Sequence record: SRR33789315_95
DNA length: 64,000 nt
Strand: one strand, 5' to 3'
The translations under genes and the position numbers were made by a program. The notes under the pieces were generated by a model that did no database searches, was not told the origin of the DNA, and saw nothing but the letters and a program-made list of their open reading frames with translations. Every line of letters starts with the position of its first letter. Position 1 is the stretch's first letter. This document shows positions 29,401-39,402 of the stretch, in pieces.

Positions 29401-31956
29401 GTTGGTGATGAGGCGGTGATTACTTTTCCGTCCAGTTCAGGCAGTCGGGCATTGATCAGTATTGAGAATGGCACAGAAGTACTTGACAAAAAATGGGTAG
29501 AAACCGGTAGTAAGGAAACCCGGGTAACGCTTGCCCTTACGCCCGAAATGGCACCCAATGTCTATGTAAATATTTCCTTATTACAACCCCATGCGTGGAC
29601 AACAAACGACAGGCCGATTCGCTTGTATGGCGTTATTCCGCTTGCAGTAGAAGATCCTACAACCCTTTTACAACCCCAATTGCAAATGCCTGATGTACTC
29701 AAACCAGAAACCGATTTTAACGTCACGGTCTCTGAAGCCCATGGTCGTGCGATGACCTATACCTTAGCAGTCGTTGATGAAGGCTTGCTGGATCTTACCC
29801 GTTTTGCAACCCCTGATATTCACAATGCCTTTTACTCTCGAGAAGCCCTTGGCGTAAAAACATTTGATATTTATGATGATGTCATCGGTGCTTATTCAGG
29901 TAGCGTGGGTAATATCTATGCGATAGGTGGTGGCGATGTGGGCGCAGGTGCTAAAAACCGAAAAGCCGATCGTTTTAAACCCGTCGTGACCTATTTGGGT
30001 CCGTTTCAGTTGGAAGCCGGAAAAACAAGATCACACAAAATCCACATGCCCAATTATATAGGTTCGGTACGCACCATGGTCATTGCGGGTGATAATACTA
30101 GCGGTGCTTATGGCAGTACCGAAAAAGCGACGCCTGTACGCAAACCGTTAATGGTGTTGGCATCGCTTCCGCGAAAGCTTTCTCCCGGTGAAACCGTCAC
30201 ACTTCCTGTGACTGTTTTTGCAATGGAAGACAAGGTGAAAAACGCCAAAATTTCTGTAAAAACCACAAGCGCATTGATCCCGCTAGATGCATCGAGCCAG
30301 ACGATTGCTTTTGCAAGTCCGGGTGAACAAATCGTCAACTTTAAATTTCAGGTAAACCCTGCCGATATTTTTCAGAAAATTACCGTAACCGCTACCGGTG
30401 CAGGAGAAACAGCCACCTATGAAGTAGAAATTGATGTAGAAAACCCGAATCCCGTTACCGTAAATTCCAAACAATATACACTAGAAGCCAATGCAAATTT
30501 GGAACTGCCTTATGCCCCTTTTGGTGTGGAAGGAAGTAATGCCGCGACTATAGAGCTTTCCACTTTACCTCCTATGGATCTTTCGGGTAGGTTAGAATAC
30601 CTCACGGGTTATCCTTATGGATGTATTGAGCAAACGGTTTCTTCGGTGTTTCCGCAGTTATACCTCAAAGAAGTCATGGATGTTACTTTCGACAGTAAAA
30701 AAGCAATGGATGTTCATATCAAAGAAGCTATTTCTAGAATAAGTCGTTTTCAAAATGCAGATGGCGGACTCAGTTACTGGCCAGGAGAATCTAGAAACGA
30801 TGCTTGGGCAACCAATTATGCGGGACATTTTATGCTCGAGGCCAAACAACAAGGGTATGCGCTTCCCCTTTCGTTTTTAAGCAATTGGTTGCGCTACCAG
30901 CAAGCACAAGCACGGCAATGGCGCAATACGACCACTTCATATAATGCGAGTTTGACACAAGCGTATCGCTTATATACCTTAGCACTTGCGGGGCAACCCG
31001 AACTGGCCGCTATGAATCGCCTGCGGGAATCGAATACGATGAGCAATGATGCCAAATGGCGTTTGGCCGGTGCCTATGCGCTTTCCGGAAAACCAGAAAT
31101 AGCCAAAGCGATTGCACAAACCGCCAATATATCTTTTATACCGCAAGATTATAATTACCATACCTATGGTTCACCATTTAGAAATAAAGCCATGGCTTTG
31201 GAAACTGCCGTTTTGCTGGGTATGGATGAACAACAGGAAATGGCGGTTTCATTAGCAAAAACCCTTTCTTCCCATCAATGGTTGAGTACCCAAGAAACGG
31301 CATTTGCTTTATTGGGAATGGCAAAAATGGTAGCCAAAAATGGTGGAAAAAGTATGCAGATCGCGATAAGCCAAGATGGAAAAACCACGAATTATACCTC
31401 AGAACGAGCGGTTATTCAGCGGGATTTGGAATTAGGCGATCTAGCGAAAACGCTCTCTTTAACTAACAAAAATGCGAATCGGGTATTTGTAAATTTTGTA
31501 CAAAAAGGAAAACTGCCCGTAGGGCAAGAAATTGCTGAAAACCGAAACCTAGTCGTAAAAACAGGCTTTTATGGGGCTGATAAAAAACCGTTGGGTGTGA
31601 GCTCTTTACAGCAAGGAACATCCATCACGGTTAAAATTGCCGTAACCAATACCTCGACGGATGCGATTGACAACATTGCGCTATCGCAAATTTTCCCCAG
31701 TGGTTGGGAAGTGGTCAATACCAGTTTTACTCAACTTGCCGGTGGTGCTTCGGGACAAGCACGTTATACCGATATACGGGATGATAGGGTGTATTTTTAT
31801 TTTGATCTTAAGGCTAGGGAAACGCGTACGTTTACCGTAGAACTTAATGCTTCCTATTTGGGTAATTATTATTTACCGGGAACCCAAGCCGAAGCCATGT
31901 ATGACAATACTTATTTTGCACGTAACGAAGGAAAATGGATTCTGGTTAACGAATAA
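26422..31956 (+). CDS. Bacterial alpha-2-macroglobulin lipoprotein
   Basis: Lipobox LTAC, TERGVHRPGD, AVVDEG, thioester motif YPYGCIEQ, DIRDDR, EAMYD. Confidence 0.95.
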   Translation: MNSKILFSLFLFALLTACGKKEQTETDNLFKFKEYISYNTSGIQSVAAPIRIELAKPVTQYELTQELPAEYVQISPKTAGILTIENGRTLVFQPSEPLQADTEYSVTVKLSKFYTNLEKEFASYTFSFKTIAKNFKVDLGNLQSYSKAWQYVTGTLETSDVISLAQAQKLIAAQQDKKALPITWPKTAEDGRFFNFTIDSISRKIDDDQILVQWDGKSIGADNQGENTLGIPGQNNFTVIDVRTTIGPESSLAINFSDPILEKQNFAGLVTLEKSENLRFEANGNVLYVYPANPITGNTRVTVFNGIKNTEGFKLKTEFSELVSFEQLKPAVRFLTSGTILPSAQSTPIYFEAVNLSAVDVRVIKIFQNNILQFLQEEDLSSLYDLKRVGRRIAKKTIVLEDASNSMGTWKAHGIDLSELFQADPGALYSIELSFKPEYSLYRCDGVSEEIKKENLTYTDNLPTAEDLREEAYWDNELYSWRNTEYNWNERDNPCHPAYYDDERFPQTNVLGSDLGLIVKESDNQSYHFVANNLLTTAPEMGTTIKLYNYQQQLIATVTTDEQGFAVYDSDRDAAFAVAQKGNNYAYAKLDDGNALSLSKFDISGKRLQRGLKGYLYTERGVHRPGDSIHLTFVLNDNANPLPDNHPIKLEVKDARGTLIQREVTTKGAATANAANGFYYFPITTTATAPTGNWNATISVGGAKFSKTLKVATVKPNRLKLKLDFDDEILSGTKPITGTVSAMWLHGSPGRNLDVEMEATITASTSGFAAFPTYEFTDPVREFEKVEFPILKKTLSEAGSTSFSKQLELNTQAPGMLEATFLTKVFEGGGDFSMDVFTKKLAPFSYFVGLHAPEPREYGSYFTDENTVFDVVTVNDQGQVTPNRKLEVKIFKIEWRWWWNRGSDNLSRYENASVHRPVREFEITSGGNGKTSFTVNIPDRDGGRYLIRVIDKASGHAVGKTAYFYRNWDSSPQDGDAESAKMLVFSADKDKYQVGDEAVITFPSSSGSRALISIENGTEVLDKKWVETGSKETRVTLALTPEMAPNVYVNISLLQPHAWTTNDRPIRLYGVIPLAVEDPTTLLQPQLQMPDVLKPETDFNVTVSEAHGRAMTYTLAVVDEGLLDLTRFATPDIHNAFYSREALGVKTFDIYDDVIGAYSGSVGNIYAIGGGDVGAGAKNRKADRFKPVVTYLGPFQLEAGKTRSHKIHMPNYIGSVRTMVIAGDNTSGAYGSTEKATPVRKPLMVLASLPRKLSPGETVTLPVTVFAMEDKVKNAKISVKTTSALIPLDASSQTIAFASPGEQIVNFKFQVNPADIFQKITVTATGAGETATYEVEIDVENPNPVTVNSKQYTLEANANLELPYAPFGVEGSNAATIELSTLPPMDLSGRLEYLTGYPYGCIEQTVSSVFPQLYLKEVMDVTFDSKKAMDVHIKEAISRISRFQNADGGLSYWPGESRNDAWATNYAGHFMLEAKQQGYALPLSFLSNWLRYQQAQARQWRNTTTSYNASLTQAYRLYTLALAGQPELAAMNRLRESNTMSNDAKWRLAGAYALSGKPEIAKAIAQTANISFIPQDYNYHTYGSPFRNKAMALETAVLLGMDEQQEMAVSLAKTLSSHQWLSTQETAFALLGMAKMVAKNGGKSMQIAISQDGKTTNYTSERAVIQRDLELGDLAKTLSLTNKNANRVFVNFVQKGKLPVGQEIAENRNLVVKTGFYGADKKPLGVSSLQQGTSITVKIAVTNTSTDAIDNIALSQIFPSGWEVVNTSFTQLAGGASGQARYTDIRDDRVYFYFDLKARETRTFTVELNASYLGNYYLPGTQAEAMYDNTYFARNEGKWILVNE

Positions 31957-31960
31957 ACCC

Positions 31961-34324
31961 GTGAAAAACACAACCCAAAAGCCCACATTTTTCAAAAAGC
32001 ATCGCATAAAACTCTTGCTTTTAGGTGTGCTGGTTGTGGTTTGGTTTTTTTGCCTTCCCAAGCCTCTTTTTAAGGATCCCACAGCAACGGTGGTTTTTAG
32101 TCGGGAAAATGAATTAATAGGTGCGCGTATCGCAGCAGATGGTCAATGGCGTTTTCCGGAGATGGATAGTATACCCTATCGATTTGAGGAAAGCATTTTG
32201 CAATTTGAAGACGCACATTTCTATACCCATCCTGGGTTTAATCCCGTAGCGATGAGCAAAGCCCTTTGGGATAACTTAACCACCTCAAACAGGCGTGGTG
32301 CCAGCACAATAACCCAACAAGTGATTAGACTGTCGCGAAAAAACAAAACCCGTTCTTATGGCGAAAAGTTGATCGAACTCTTTTTGGCCACACGACTGGA
32401 AGCTGGAACTTCCAAAAAAGAAATTCTTATGGACTATGCTTCGCATGCGCCCTTTGGTGGAAACGTTGTTGGGCTAGAAACCGCTTCGTGGCGGTATTTT
32501 GGGATTCCCGCTTCACAACTCAGTTGGGGACAAGCTACAGCACTTGCCGTGCTGCCCAATGCGCCCGCACTTATTTTCCCTGGAAAAAATGAAACTATTT
32601 TAAAGGAAAAACGCGATCGATTGCTACAAAAACTATTGAACAAAAAGATTATTGATACGACCACTTTTGAACTTGCCATCGCGGAAAGACTCCCCGGAAA
32701 GCCTGTCCTCTTACCCAATATGGCTCCCCATTTTACAGAAAGATTACGCGCCGAGCATCCTGGCGAAAAGCTCCAAACTACACTGGATTACCAGCTTCAA
32801 AACCAGTTGAATGCGCTTGCAAAACAACATTACCAAAAATTGTTGGACAACGAAGTGCATAATTTGGCCATTTTGGTTTTGGATGTCAATACGCGGGAAG
32901 TATTGGGATATGTGGGCAATGCACCTACAACCCGACAGCACGGCAATTATGTGGATGTGATCACAAAACCTCGTAGTACGGGAAGTGTACTCAAACCGTT
33001 ACTTTATGCCTCTATGCTGGGAGCGGGCGATCTATTACCCAATACCTTGATTGCAGATGTGCCCACTACTATAAATGGATACAGTCCGGAAAATTTTAAC
33101 AAGAATTATTCTGGAGCCGTACCCGCTTCAGAAGCGATTTCTCGCTCACTGAATATTCCTGCTGTGCGTATGTTGCGTTCTTACGGACTCGAGCGTTTTT
33201 ACCGCAGGCTACAAGAAATGCATATGGATCACATCAATAAACCCCCTTCCTATTATGGGTTGGCTCTTATTCTAGGTGGCGCTGAAAGTTCCTTGTGGGA
33301 AATCACAAACACCTATGCTGGATTGGCTTCTACGCTTAATTATTTTGGTCAATCCTCAAGTACTTATCATGCTAATGCGTTCGCACAGCCAGTTTATCAA
33401 AGAAATATTTCTATTGATTTAGGTGAAACTGTAGCAGAACCTACTGCATTAGATGCTGGATCTATTTATTATGCTTTTGAAGCCATGCGGCAGGTAAATC
33501 GACCTGTTGAAGAAACCAACTGGAATTTTTTTAACGGTTCGCAAGCTATCGCGTGGAAAACAGGAACCAGCTTTGGGTTTAAAGATGCTTGGGCTGTAGG
33601 TGTTACTCCAAAATATGCAATAGGCATTTGGGCGGGAAATGCAGACGGTGAAGGCAGGCCCGGAATTACGGGATTAAGTGCCGCAGCACCTCTTTTATTT
33701 GATGTGCTGCAATTGCTTCCGGAATCATCATGGTTTCAAAAACCCTATGATGAACTTGTAGAAGCCGAAATTTGTACCCAAAGTGGTATGCTGGCCGGTT
33801 TATACTGTGAGCATAGTTCTAAAAAATGGATTCCTGCACAAGGAAGTAAAACGGCGGCTTGTACCTACCACCAACGTATTTTTTTAGATCAAAATGAAAC
33901 CTATCAAGTTCATAATTCATGTTATGATCCTACTTTGATGCATTCTAAAAACTGGTTTACACTCTCGCCAGCTATGGCATTTTATTATGCGAAAGGGCAT
34001 CCGGAATACAAAATGCTTCCGCCCTTTTTACCCAATTGCGATGCGCTTCCTGGTGAACCGATGCAGTTTATTTTTCCGAGAAAAAATGAAGACGTAATCT
34101 TGGCAAGGGATTTTGACAAGGAACGCAACGATGTTATTTTTCGCGTAGCGCATACTAACCCAAACACTACACTATTCTGGTATCTTGATGAACATTTTTT
34201 AGGAACAACACGTACTTTTCATGAGTTGCCTGTACAACCCGATCCAGGGCACTATACCTTAACCGTAATAGATGCAGAAGGAAATGAATTAAAAGAGCAA
34301 ATTACCGTAAGTGCCGGTATATAA
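31961..34324 (+). CDS. pbpC: Penicillin-binding protein 1C
   Basis: FEDAHFYTHPG, GASTITQQ, SVLK, SLN, KTGT; follows A2M; likely GTG start at 31961 (start uncertain). Confidence 0.92.
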   Translation: MKNTTQKPTFFKKHRIKLLLLGVLVVVWFFCLPKPLFKDPTATVVFSRENELIGARIAADGQWRFPEMDSIPYRFEESILQFEDAHFYTHPGFNPVAMSKALWDNLTTSNRRGASTITQQVIRLSRKNKTRSYGEKLIELFLATRLEAGTSKKEILMDYASHAPFGGNVVGLETASWRYFGIPASQLSWGQATALAVLPNAPALIFPGKNETILKEKRDRLLQKLLNKKIIDTTTFELAIAERLPGKPVLLPNMAPHFTERLRAEHPGEKLQTTLDYQLQNQLNALAKQHYQKLLDNEVHNLAILVLDVNTREVLGYVGNAPTTRQHGNYVDVITKPRSTGSVLKPLLYASMLGAGDLLPNTLIADVPTTINGYSPENFNKNYSGAVPASEAISRSLNIPAVRMLRSYGLERFYRRLQEMHMDHINKPPSYYGLALILGGAESSLWEITNTYAGLASTLNYFGQSSSTYHANAFAQPVYQRNISIDLGETVAEPTALDAGSIYYAFEAMRQVNRPVEETNWNFFNGSQAIAWKTGTSFGFKDAWAVGVTPKYAIGIWAGNADGEGRPGITGLSAAAPLLFDVLQLLPESSWFQKPYDELVEAEICTQSGMLAGLYCEHSSKKWIPAQGSKTAACTYHQRIFLDQNETYQVHNSCYDPTLMHSKNWFTLSPAMAFYYAKGHPEYKMLPPFLPNCDALPGEPMQFIFPRKNEDVILARDFDKERNDVIFRVAHTNPNTTLFWYLDEHFLGTTRTFHELPVQPDPGHYTLTVIDAEGNELKEQITVSAGI

Positions 34325-34539
34325 TCTTTTTAAAATTCATTCTAACGGAGCGTTAACCAAATGTGTCGATACGCGTCTACAGCTTCAAATCAGAAGACAG
34401 ATATAGAAATTATGAAATCTTCATCAAACAATTAACACGCCACTTTAATTCCTAAAATTAGACTTTAAAACACGCTGTATTCTTATTTATTACAGCTAAA
34501 AATGCGGCTTTGTGAATTAACAAATCTTTAAGCATTTGT

Positions 34540-34574
34540 TTGGTTCGTTTTGTTCCGAACCAATCCTATATTTG
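34540..34574 (+). promoter_or_regulatory. Promoter with overlapping palindromic operator
   Basis: TTGGTTCG-N8-CGAACCAA (34540-34563) directly upstream of -7 TATATTTG (34567-34574). Confidence 0.75.
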
Positions 34575-34595
34575 CGGCTTTAAATTTTCTAATTT

Positions 34596-35081
34596 ATGTA
34601 TGAATGTTCTCCAGAAAAGATAAAGCTTGTAGAAGAGATGGGTGTGCACTTTGAGAAAAAACATGACTTCTCGCCTTTAGCAGCACGTATCTTTTCTATT
34701 ATGGTAGTATCGCCTAATGATGGGCATACGTTTGAAGAAATTGTTGAGATCACTAAGGCCAGTAAAAGTACAGTTTCCACACACCTCAATCTTTTATTAC
34801 AACTGAAAACGGTGGAATACTTTACGATTTCTGGAGACCGTAAAAGGTATTTTAGAGCTAGTAAGAATTATTTGAGAGTCACTTTAGAAGAATATTTACT
34901 GCATGTGACGGAAGAAATACAAATGCTAGAAAAAATAAGCTCCTTTAATGAAAAGAACAACAAGCAAAAATTTGAAAAAAATAAAAATTTTGATGTGATT
35001 TTTAAGAATTATTTGAAAAATCAAAAAATCAATCTTGAAGAAATGATTGAAAAGATGTCTAAACTTAATGAACAAAAATAA
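34596..35081 (+). CDS. GbsR/MarR family transcriptional regulator
   Basis: SPLAARIF, TFEEIVEITKASKSTVS, GDRKRYF; heads the efflux operon. Confidence 0.88.
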   Translation: MYECSPEKIKLVEEMGVHFEKKHDFSPLAARIFSIMVVSPNDGHTFEEIVEITKASKSTVSTHLNLLLQLKTVEYFTISGDRKRYFRASKNYLRVTLEEYLLHVTEEIQMLEKISSFNEKNNKQKFEKNKNFDVIFKNYLKNQKINLEEMIEKMSKLNEQK

Positions 35082-35103
35082 AATCAATCCGCAATATTAT
35101 ATA

Positions 35104-36228
35104 ATGAAAACAATAATCTCCCAAATCGTCATTTTATCAAGCATTTTACTCCTCTCATGTGGAGACAAGCAAGATGCCCAACAAGCTCAGGCTCAACCGC
35201 AGGCAAAAGCTCTTCCTGTAGTATCTATCCCTACTAAAACCGTTACTGCATATACTACTTACCCTACCAGTATTGAGGGTGTCATTAATAGTGAAGTGCG
35301 TGCAAAAGTATCTGGTTATATTACAGATGTACTTGTAGATGAAGGCCAAAAAGTTAAAAAGGGACAAACCTTATTTAAACTGGAGACTCAATCTTTAAGC
35401 CAGGAAGCAAACGCGGCAAATGCAAATGTAAATGCAGCACAAGTAGAAGTGGATAGGTTAAAGCCCTTAGTTGAAAAAAAAATCATTAGTGATGTGCAAC
35501 TTAATACGGCAAATGCAAAACTTCAACAAGCAAAAAGCAGTTACAATAGCATTGCAGCAAATATAGGTTATGCCAATATTAAAAGTCCTGTAGATGGCTA
35601 TGTGGGTTCTATTCGACTACGAAAAGGATCTCTGGTAAGTCCTACTAGTCAAATTCCGCTTACAACGGTTTCAGATATCAGTAAAGTATATGCTTTCTTT
35701 TCTATGAATGAAAAAGAGTATTTAGACTTTATACAAGATGCTGAAGGCTCAACGATAGAAGAAAAAATCAGCAAGATGCCAGAAGTAACTCTTCTCCTTG
35801 CAAACGGAAGAGAATTTAGCCAGAAAGGTAAAATAGAAACCATTAACTCGCAGATTAATGCCAATACGGGTTCTGTTTCTTTTCGCGCAATTTTTGACAA
35901 TCCTGCAAGAATCCTGACCAATGGAAACAGTGGAAAACTTCAAATTCCCCAAACATTTACAGACGTTGTTGTGGTTCCTAAAGAATCAACTTATGATCAA
36001 CAAGGTAGTATATACGTTTATAAACTAGACGACAAGAATATGGCTACTGCTACTAAAATCACAACAAAAGGCGAAGTTGGTAATTTATACCTAATAGATT
36101 CTGGAGTAGAAAAAGGAGATCGTATTGTAGCCAAAGGAGTGAGTTCCTTACGTGGTGCTACCCAGATACAACCTCAAGAAGCTTCTTTTGACAGCATAGC
36201 CAAGCCGCTAGAAACAACATTCAGATAA
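35104..36228 (+). CDS. RND efflux periplasmic adaptor (lipoprotein)
   Basis: Lipobox LLSC, VDEGQKVKKGQ, IKSPVDG. Confidence 0.92.
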   Translation: MKTIISQIVILSSILLLSCGDKQDAQQAQAQPQAKALPVVSIPTKTVTAYTTYPTSIEGVINSEVRAKVSGYITDVLVDEGQKVKKGQTLFKLETQSLSQEANAANANVNAAQVEVDRLKPLVEKKIISDVQLNTANAKLQQAKSSYNSIAANIGYANIKSPVDGYVGSIRLRKGSLVSPTSQIPLTTVSDISKVYAFFSMNEKEYLDFIQDAEGSTIEEKISKMPEVTLLLANGREFSQKGKIETINSQINANTGSVSFRAIFDNPARILTNGNSGKLQIPQTFTDVVVVPKESTYDQQGSIYVYKLDDKNMATATKITTKGEVGNLYLIDSGVEKGDRIVAKGVSSLRGATQIQPQEASFDSIAKPLETTFR

Positions 36229-36253
36229 ATCCCCGAAGAAAATATAACGTACT

Positions 36254-39200
36254 ATGTTACAAAAATTTATAGAAAGACCTGTACTCTCTACAGTGATTTC
36301 GATTATTATCGTGATTCTTGGAGTTCTTGGTCTTTCCACACTTCCAATAACGCAATATCCTGATATTGCTCCGCCTACTATTATGGTAAGTGCTTCTTAT
36401 CCAGGAGCAAATGCAGAAACCATTTTAGAGAGTGTTATTATTCCATTAGAAGAGCAAATAAATGGTGTAGAAGGCATGACCTATCTTACCTCTACTGCTA
36501 CCAATAATGGTACCGCGTCAATAACTGTGTATTTTGATCAGGAAGTAGATCCAGACATTGCAGCGGTAAACGTGCAAAACCGAGTAGCACGTGCAAATTC
36601 CTTGCTGCCACAAGCGGTAATTCAAACGGGTGTTACTACCCAAAAACAACAGACCAGTGCGCTTATGTTCATGTCTTTTTACAGCACTAATAAAGATTAT
36701 GACGACACTTATCTTCAAAATTATTTAAAGATTAACGTAATACCTGAAATACAAAGGGTTAATGGTGTAGGAAATGTAAATGTTTTTGGCTCAAAAGATT
36801 ACGCAATGCGTATTTGGTTAAAGCCTCAAAAACTTACGGCTTATGGATTAATTCCTTCAGATATTACTGCTGCCTTAAAAGAACAAAGTTTAGAAGCTGC
36901 GGCTGGTTCATTAGGTGAAAACGACGGGGAATCATTTTCGTATGTAATAAAATATGGCGGTCGTTTTAAAACTGAAGATCAATACAGTGATATTGTGATT
37001 AAAGCTCTGGGTGACGGTCAGTTTTTAAGGCTTAAAGATATTGCAGATATCGAACTGGGTGCCCAGTCTTACTCTAGTTCTTCTGCAACCAATGGGTATC
37101 CTGCAGTGAATATGGGTATTTTTCAAACCAAAGGATCAAATGCTCAAGAAATTATTGATGAAATAAAATTGAAGTTAGATGATGTTAAGCAAAATCTTCC
37201 TAAAGGAATCGAAATCTTTATCCCTTATGATACCAATAACTTTTTAAATGCCTCGATAGAAAAAGTTGTACATACGCTTATTGAAGCCTTTATTTTGGTT
37301 TTTATTGTGGTGTTTATTTTTCTTCAAGATTTTAGGTCTACCCTTATTCCTGCAATCGCGGTACCTGTTTCAATTATAGGTACTTTTTTCTTTCTCAATT
37401 TATTTGGCTATTCGGTTAACCTGCTTACGCTTTTTGCGCTGGTGCTGGCTATTGGTATTGTGGTAGATGATGCTATTGTTGTGGTAGAGGCCGTGCATGC
37501 AAAAATTGATCAAGGAGAAAAAAGTGCTAAAACCGCCACGGTAAAAGCTATGAATGAGATATCTGGTGCGATAATCTCGATTACGCTTGTAATGGCCGCG
37601 GTTTTTATTCCAGTGACGTTTGTACAAGGTCCAACGGGAGTATTTTATGAGCAGTTTGGTATTACGCTTATTGTTGCCATTATGATTTCGGCAGTAAACG
37701 CTTTAACATTGAGTCCTGCCCTATGTGCCCTCTTTTTAAAAGGTCATGATGAGAAAGAAGGAAAGAAAAAACAAAAATTTTCGCAACGCTTCTTTGCAGC
37801 TTTTAACCGAGGTTTTAATGCTACTATAAAGAGATATGGCCGTTCTATTCATTTTTTATACCGAAATAAATGGGTGACTATACTCATTTTTATACTGGCG
37901 CTTGGTGGAATCTGGTGGTCTTCTTCATCTGTAAAATCTGGTTTTGTACCCGATGAAGATCGTGGAATTATTTTTGTGAATGTAGAACTTCCTGCAGGAG
38001 CATCTATAGACCGAACTCATGAGGTAAATGCAAAGCTATACGACCTAATTAAAAAACTAGACGGTGTTCAAGGGATGTCCTTTATTGACGGCCGAAGTTT
38101 AATTAATGGCGAAGGAAGCAATTATGGTTTAGGCTTTATTCGTTTAAACGATTGGGATGAGCGTGATGGTGATGCACTTTCATTACAGGCTATTACAGGA
38201 CAACTTTTTGGTCTTGCCGCTCAAGTTCCTGAAGCGAATGTTATTTTCTTTGCTCCGCCCAGTATACCTGGATTTGGGAATGCTGCAGGAGTTGAAGTCA
38301 ACTTACTAGATCGTTCTGGAGGAAGTTTCACAGATTTAGACAATACAAACAAGGATTTTATTGGTAAACTTTTTCAGCGTCCAGAAATTCAATATGCACA
38401 GTCTTCATTTAACACAAAGTATCCACAATATGAGATGGAGATTAATGTGCCTGTAGCTAAAGAATTAGGTGTTCCTATTAGTAGTATCTTTTCTACACTT
38501 CAGGGTTATATAGGAGGTGTTTTTGCTGCTGACTTCTCGCGTTTTGGAAAGCAATACCGTGTTTACATTCAGTCACTTCCTGAAGATCGTGCAGACTTAG
38601 CTGATCTTGATCAACTATACGTTAGAACCGGAAGTGGGGAAATGACACCCATTACGCAGTTTATTAGTTTAGAACGTGTTTATGGACCACAATCTGTAAC
38701 GCGCTTTAACCTATTTAATTCAACTAAAATTACAGCCGCTGCAAATCCAGGATATAGTTCTGGAGATGTAATTACTGCTGTAGAAGAAGTTGCCAAATCT
38801 TTACCGGCTAATTATACCACCGCTTATTCTGGATTAACTCGTGAAGAAGTAAATGCTGGAAATCAAACAACAACAATCTTTATTTTATCATTAGTGTTTG
38901 TTTATTTCTTACTCGCGGCTCAATATGAAAGTTATTTATTACCGCTAGCCGTTATTTTTTCTTTGCCATTTGGAATATTTGGAGCCTATGCTACCACACA
39001 ATTTATGGGGCTTCAAAATAATATCTATTTCCAGATAGCCTTGATTATGCTTTTAGGTTTACTGGCAAAAAATGCCATTCTAATAGTAGAATTTGCTATT
39101 CAGCGCAGAAAAGAAGGTGAAAGTATTGTTGATGCTGCTGTACACGGTGCAGAAGCCCGACTACGACCTATTTTAATGACCTCCTTTGCTTTTATTATGG

Positions 39201-39400
39201 GACTAATGCCTTTAGTATTTGCCGGTGGAGTAGGCGCAGAAGGTAACAGATCTATAGGTACAGGCGCCGTAGGTGGATTGTTAATAGGTACTATTATTGG
39301 TGTGTTTATCATTCCTGTTTTATTTATTCTATTTCAATGGCTTCAAGAAAAAATAAGTACGAAGCCATTACCAACCGCTATCGAAACATCAGAAAATTGA
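36254..39400 (+). CDS. RND efflux permease, HAE1/AcrB family
   Basis: QYPDIAPP, GIVVDDAIVVVE, AKNAILIVEF, RLRPILMTS. Confidence 0.95.
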   Translation: MLQKFIERPVLSTVISIIIVILGVLGLSTLPITQYPDIAPPTIMVSASYPGANAETILESVIIPLEEQINGVEGMTYLTSTATNNGTASITVYFDQEVDPDIAAVNVQNRVARANSLLPQAVIQTGVTTQKQQTSALMFMSFYSTNKDYDDTYLQNYLKINVIPEIQRVNGVGNVNVFGSKDYAMRIWLKPQKLTAYGLIPSDITAALKEQSLEAAAGSLGENDGESFSYVIKYGGRFKTEDQYSDIVIKALGDGQFLRLKDIADIELGAQSYSSSSATNGYPAVNMGIFQTKGSNAQEIIDEIKLKLDDVKQNLPKGIEIFIPYDTNNFLNASIEKVVHTLIEAFILVFIVVFIFLQDFRSTLIPAIAVPVSIIGTFFFLNLFGYSVNLLTLFALVLAIGIVVDDAIVVVEAVHAKIDQGEKSAKTATVKAMNEISGAIISITLVMAAVFIPVTFVQGPTGVFYEQFGITLIVAIMISAVNALTLSPALCALFLKGHDEKEGKKKQKFSQRFFAAFNRGFNATIKRYGRSIHFLYRNKWVTILIFILALGGIWWSSSSVKSGFVPDEDRGIIFVNVELPAGASIDRTHEVNAKLYDLIKKLDGVQGMSFIDGRSLINGEGSNYGLGFIRLNDWDERDGDALSLQAITGQLFGLAAQVPEANVIFFAPPSIPGFGNAAGVEVNLLDRSGGSFTDLDNTNKDFIGKLFQRPEIQYAQSSFNTKYPQYEMEINVPVAKELGVPISSIFSTLQGYIGGVFAADFSRFGKQYRVYIQSLPEDRADLADLDQLYVRTGSGEMTPITQFISLERVYGPQSVTRFNLFNSTKITAAANPGYSSGDVITAVEEVAKSLPANYTTAYSGLTREEVNAGNQTTTIFILSLVFVYFLLAAQYESYLLPLAVIFSLPFGIFGAYATTQFMGLQNNIYFQIALIMLLGLLAKNAILIVEFAIQRRKEGESIVDAAVHGAEARLRPILMTSFAFIMGLMPLVFAGGVGAEGNRSIGTGAVGGLLIGTIIGVFIIPVLFILFQWLQEKISTKPLPTAIETSEN

Positions 39401-39402
39401 AC

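Noticed and set aside
31847-31960. Long 5' extensions/overlaps in the ORF track (pbpC; also 4939, 10787, 17543, 24879, 35047, 39337, 42030, 57603)
   Set aside because: Longest-ORF artefacts; downstream starts give proper signal peptides or promoter spacing.
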